NCBI GenBank assembly: GCA_965371515.1
Contig: CBDUYR010000054.1
Coordinates: forward strand, 1-18,033
Length of the DNA stretch: 18,033 bases
Direction of reading: 5' to 3'
Source of the DNA: an uncultured bacterium
GTDB taxonomy: Bacteria > Krumholzibacteriota > Krumholzibacteriia > Krumholzibacteriales > Krumholzibacteriaceae
In this document: positions 15,810-18,033 of the stretch, piece after piece
How the letters are laid out: each line of letters starts with the position of its first letter
Position numbering within the stretch: the first letter of the stretch is position 1
Made by a program: the position numbers and the translations under genes
Notes under the pieces: model-generated
Told to the model about the DNA's origin: nothing
Database searches by the model: none
Seen by the model: only the letters and a program-made list of their open reading frames with translations

Positions 15810-16373
15810 TTAGAACTCCAGTATTTCCTTTTCCTTCAACTCCGTTACCTTGTCGAGTTCCTTGATCGATTCGTCGGTCAGCTCCTGGATCTCCTTGTGG
15901 TAGCGGTGGTGATCGTCCTCGGAGATATCGTGGTTCTTCTCGAGGTTCTTGAAATGATCGTTTGCGTCACGCCGGATATTCCTGATAGCGACCTTCGCAT
16001 TCTCGACCATCAGCTTGACCGATTTAACGAGCTCGTGCCTTCGCTCCTCTGTCAGCGGAGGCAGGGGTATCCTTATCATGTTGCCGTCGCTCTGGGGGTT
16101 CAGGCCAAGGTTCGACTGCTGGATCGCCTTGACGACTGGGGCGACCATGGGCTTTTCCCACGGCTGGACCGTGATGAGCTGAGCGTCGGGGACTCCGATA
16201 TTCGCTATCTGCTTTATCGGAACGTGCGTTCCATAGTAATCGACCTTGATGCTGTCAAGCAGGGTCGCGGATGCCTTTCCTGTCCTCAACGTTGCCAGCT
16301 CTTCCTCGGCGATTTCGATCGACTTCTTCATATGGGCTTCAGTCTCTTCGAAGATCGCGTCGACGTTATCCAT
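15810..16373 (-). CDS. frr: Ribosome recycling factor
   Basis: LRTGKAS, IKVDYYG, LGLNPQSDG, PPLTEERR, VAIRNIRRDAN, KEKEIL. SD GAGGAGGT overlaps the pyrH stop. Confidence 0.98.
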   Translation of the reverse strand: MDNVDAIFEETEAHMKKSIEIAEEELATLRTGKASATLLDSIKVDYYGTHVPIKQIANIGVPDAQLITVQPWEKPMVAPVVKAIQQSNLGLNPQSDGNMIRIPLPPLTEERRHELVKSVKLMVENAKVAIRNIRRDANDHFKNLEKNHDISEDDHHRYHKEIQELTDESIKELDKVTELKEKEILEF

Positions 16374-16383
16374 TTCGACCTCC

Positions 16384-17097
16384 TCACTGCACGATTGTAC
16401 CGACAGTCTCTCCCATTATGACTTTTTGGAGATTCCCCCTGGTAAGGATATCAAATACCACTATAGGTATCCCGTTATCCCTGCAGAGGGCTACCGCCAC
16501 GGCGTCCATAACCTTAAGATCATGCTTTAAGATATCAGTATATGTTATTGTATCCATTTTTGTTGCATCCGGGTTTGTCTTGGGGTCGCTGTCGTAGACA
16601 CCATCTACCTTCGTTCCTTTCACCAGAGCATCCGCACCGATCTCAGCGGCTCTGAGCGCCGCCGCCGAATCAGTGGTGAAGTAGGGATTCCCCGTGCCTC
16701 CGGCCATCAGGACGATCCGGCCCTCCCGCAGGTGCCTGATCGCCTGCCGCCGCACGAAACGCTCCGCAGCCACCTCGAGGGAGAACGGCGTCATAACGAC
16801 CGCCTCCACGCCGCCGCGCTCGAGCGCCCCCTGCAACGCCAGTGCATTGATCACGGTGGCCAGCATCCCCATGTAATCGCATGATACTCTATCGCCGCCC
16901 TCACTGCAGAGGACGGCGCCCCTGAGAATGTTTCCGCCGCCTGATACGACAGCCAGCTCGATTCCCGTCCCATGAGCCTCGATCAGTTCACGAGCGAAGC
17001 CATCGACCTTCTCCATATCGATGCTGTGGCCCTCGCTGCCGAAGACCTCGCCACTGACCTTCAGCAGCAGCCTCTTGATCTCCGGTCGTTTGCTCAT
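16384..17097 (-). CDS. pyrH: Uridylate kinase
   Basis: LLKVSGE, GGGNILRG, DYMGMLATVIN, GTGNPYFTTDSAAALRAAEI, KVDGVYDSDP. Start moved to ATG 17097, which has AAGGAG 5 nt upstream; 237 aa. Confidence 0.97.
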   Translation of the reverse strand: MSKRPEIKRLLLKVSGEVFGSEGHSIDMEKVDGFARELIEAHGTGIELAVVSGGGNILRGAVLCSEGGDRVSCDYMGMLATVINALALQGALERGGVEAVVMTPFSLEVAAERFVRRQAIRHLREGRIVLMAGGTGNPYFTTDSAAALRAAEIGADALVKGTKVDGVYDSDPKTNPDATKMDTITYTDILKHDLKVMDAVAVALCRDNGIPIVVFDILTRGNLQKVIMGETVGTIVQ

Positions 17098-17112
17098 CGG
17101 GTCTCCTTCCAT

Positions 17113-17144
17113 AAAAAAGCGCAGGAGCGTACAGCTCCCGCGCT
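17113..17144 (-). terminator. Rho-independent terminator after tsf
   Basis: Minus strand GCGCGGGAGC-tgtac-GCTCCTGCGC-TTTTTT: a 10-bp GC-rich stem with one G-U pair and a U6 tract. Confidence 0.85.
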
Positions 17145-17185
17145 CTGTCTATTCAAAGATCAGCGCTGTATCGCATTCCCGCTGT

Positions 17186-17788
17186 TCAGGATGCTTCCTC
17201 CCCCAGTTGGAAACGGGCAAACCTCTTGATGACCATGTTCTCGCCGAGTTTGCCGATAGTCCCCTTAAGAAGCTCCTCGATCGTGACCTTGTCGTCCTTG
17301 ATGAAGGGCTGCTCGAGAAGCACGATCTCACTGTAGAATTTTTCGACCTTACCTTCAACGATTTTATCGAGGACTTTCTCCGGCTTGCCGGACTGAAGGG
17401 CCTGATTGCGAAAGATCTCCTTCTCCCTCTCGATAACCTCCCCGGGAATGTCCTCTCTCTTGACCACCATCGGGGACGCTGCGGCGACCTGCATGGCGAT
17501 GCTCTTGCCCAGGTTCTGGAATTCCTCCGTCTTGGCAACGAAGTCGGTCTCGCAGTTGAGCTCTACGATGACGCCCAGCCTGTTGTTGCTGTGGATATAC
17601 GAGAATATCTGGCCTTCGTTGGCATCCTTGTGTGAACGCTTGGCCGCTGCTGAGAGGCCCTTCTCTCTGAGGATCTTCACGGCGGCGTCCATGTCCCCGC
17701 CCGACTCAGTCAGAGCCTTCTTGCAGTCCATCATCCCCGCGTTAGTCATGTCACGCAGTTCCTTGACCATCTTCGATGTGATCTCCAT
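17186..17788 (-). CDS. tsf: Translation elongation factor Ts, short form
   Basis: TNAGMMDCKKAL, ELNCETDFVA, LLEQPFIKDD, RFARFQLGE. SD GGAGGAA; 200 aa. Confidence 0.98.
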   Translation of the reverse strand: MEITSKMVKELRDMTNAGMMDCKKALTESGGDMDAAVKILREKGLSAAAKRSHKDANEGQIFSYIHSNNRLGVIVELNCETDFVAKTEEFQNLGKSIAMQVAAASPMVVKREDIPGEVIEREKEIFRNQALQSGKPEKVLDKIVEGKVEKFYSEIVLLEQPFIKDDKVTIEELLKGTIGKLGENMVIKRFARFQLGEEAS

Positions 17789-17812
17789 CTCGAATTCCTC
17801 CGTAATGTATAT

Positions 17813-17828
17813 ATCCGGTCGGCCGGAT
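17813..17828. other. Small hairpin in the rpsB-tsf spacer
   Basis: ATCCGG-tcgg-CCGGAT, 6-bp stem, no strong U-tract. Confidence 0.3.
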
Positions 17829-17835
17829 CGGCTCG

Positions 17836-18033
17836 TTATTCGGGCTTCTTATCGGCCTTTGTATCGTCTTTCTTCACGGCCGGCTTCGCCTCTGCCTTGC
17901 CAGAGTCGTCTTTCTTCGCTGCGGGCTTTCTGGCATCGGTGCCGCCGGATTCAGTCTTCTTCGCCGCTGTCCTGCTTTGACCGCCACCCCTGTGATCGGA
18001 CTGCCTCGGGCCTCCACCCTTGCGGTCGGACTG
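17836..18033 (-). CDS. rpsB: C-terminal low-complexity tail of the upstream gene, probably 30S ribosomal protein S2 (5' part outside the window)
   Basis: Open frame from the window edge to TAA 17836-17838, reading QSDRKGGGPRQSDHRGGGQSRTAAKKTESGGTDARKPAAKKDDSGKAEAKPAVKKDDTKADKKPE*. Identity rests only on conserved rpsB-tsf synteny; no S2 core is visible. Confidence 0.65.
   Translation of the reverse strand, partial: QSDRKGGGPRQSDHRGGGQSRTAAKKTESGGTDARKPAAKKDDSGKAEAKPAVKKDDTKADKKPE

Noticed and set aside
17098..17112. Longer ORF-track starts for pyrH (17112), and likewise dxr (14197), rseP (13035) and peptidase-Omp85 (5303).
   Set aside because: Downstream ATGs have better placed SD-like sequences or abut the upstream stop; the longer starts overlap the upstream gene, abut the terminator or encode the SD itself.
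57..17635. Many long plus-strand and alternate-frame ORFs in the track (e.g. 4371-5300, 8457-9314, 10166-11236, 13599-14426).
   Set aside because: Shadow ORFs of GC-rich genes on the minus strand: no recognisable motifs, and they overlap well-supported genes.
1..18033. Very frequent TCGA-containing palindromes (CTCGAG, GTCGAC, ATCGAT).
   Set aside because: Explained by codon pairs NTC-GAN (Leu/Ile/Val/Phe followed by Glu/Asp). They are dispersed in coding DNA and do not form an array; enrichment beyond codon usage cannot be tested here.

Overview
GC-rich chromosomal window from a diderm bacterium. Most genes have clear GGAGG/AAGGAG Shine-Dalgarno sites; an FCB-group-like or candidate-phylum origin is only a guess. 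Nearly all genes are on the minus strand. Read right to left: the 3' tail of probable rpsB (missed by the ORF track), tsf (short 200-aa form), a strong intrinsic terminator, then pyrH, frr, uppS, cdsA, dxr and rseP. Next comes a small lipoprotein gene on the opposite strand, followed by a 3-POTRA Omp85 (TamA/BamA-like), tamB, and a 1094-aa protein combining a zinc peptidase, a PD40 beta-propeller and an Omp85 barrel. The window ends in a pcrA/uvrD helicase that runs off the left edge (also missed by the ORF track). The most interesting feature is this outer-membrane module, which sits where Proteobacteria have bamA-skp-lpxD: two different Omp85 barrels flank TamB, one carries intact gluzincin motifs, and the antisense lipoprotein is probably leaderless. 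I found no mobile elements, CRISPR arrays or RNA genes. All family assignments come from recognising motifs by eye, not from database searches.
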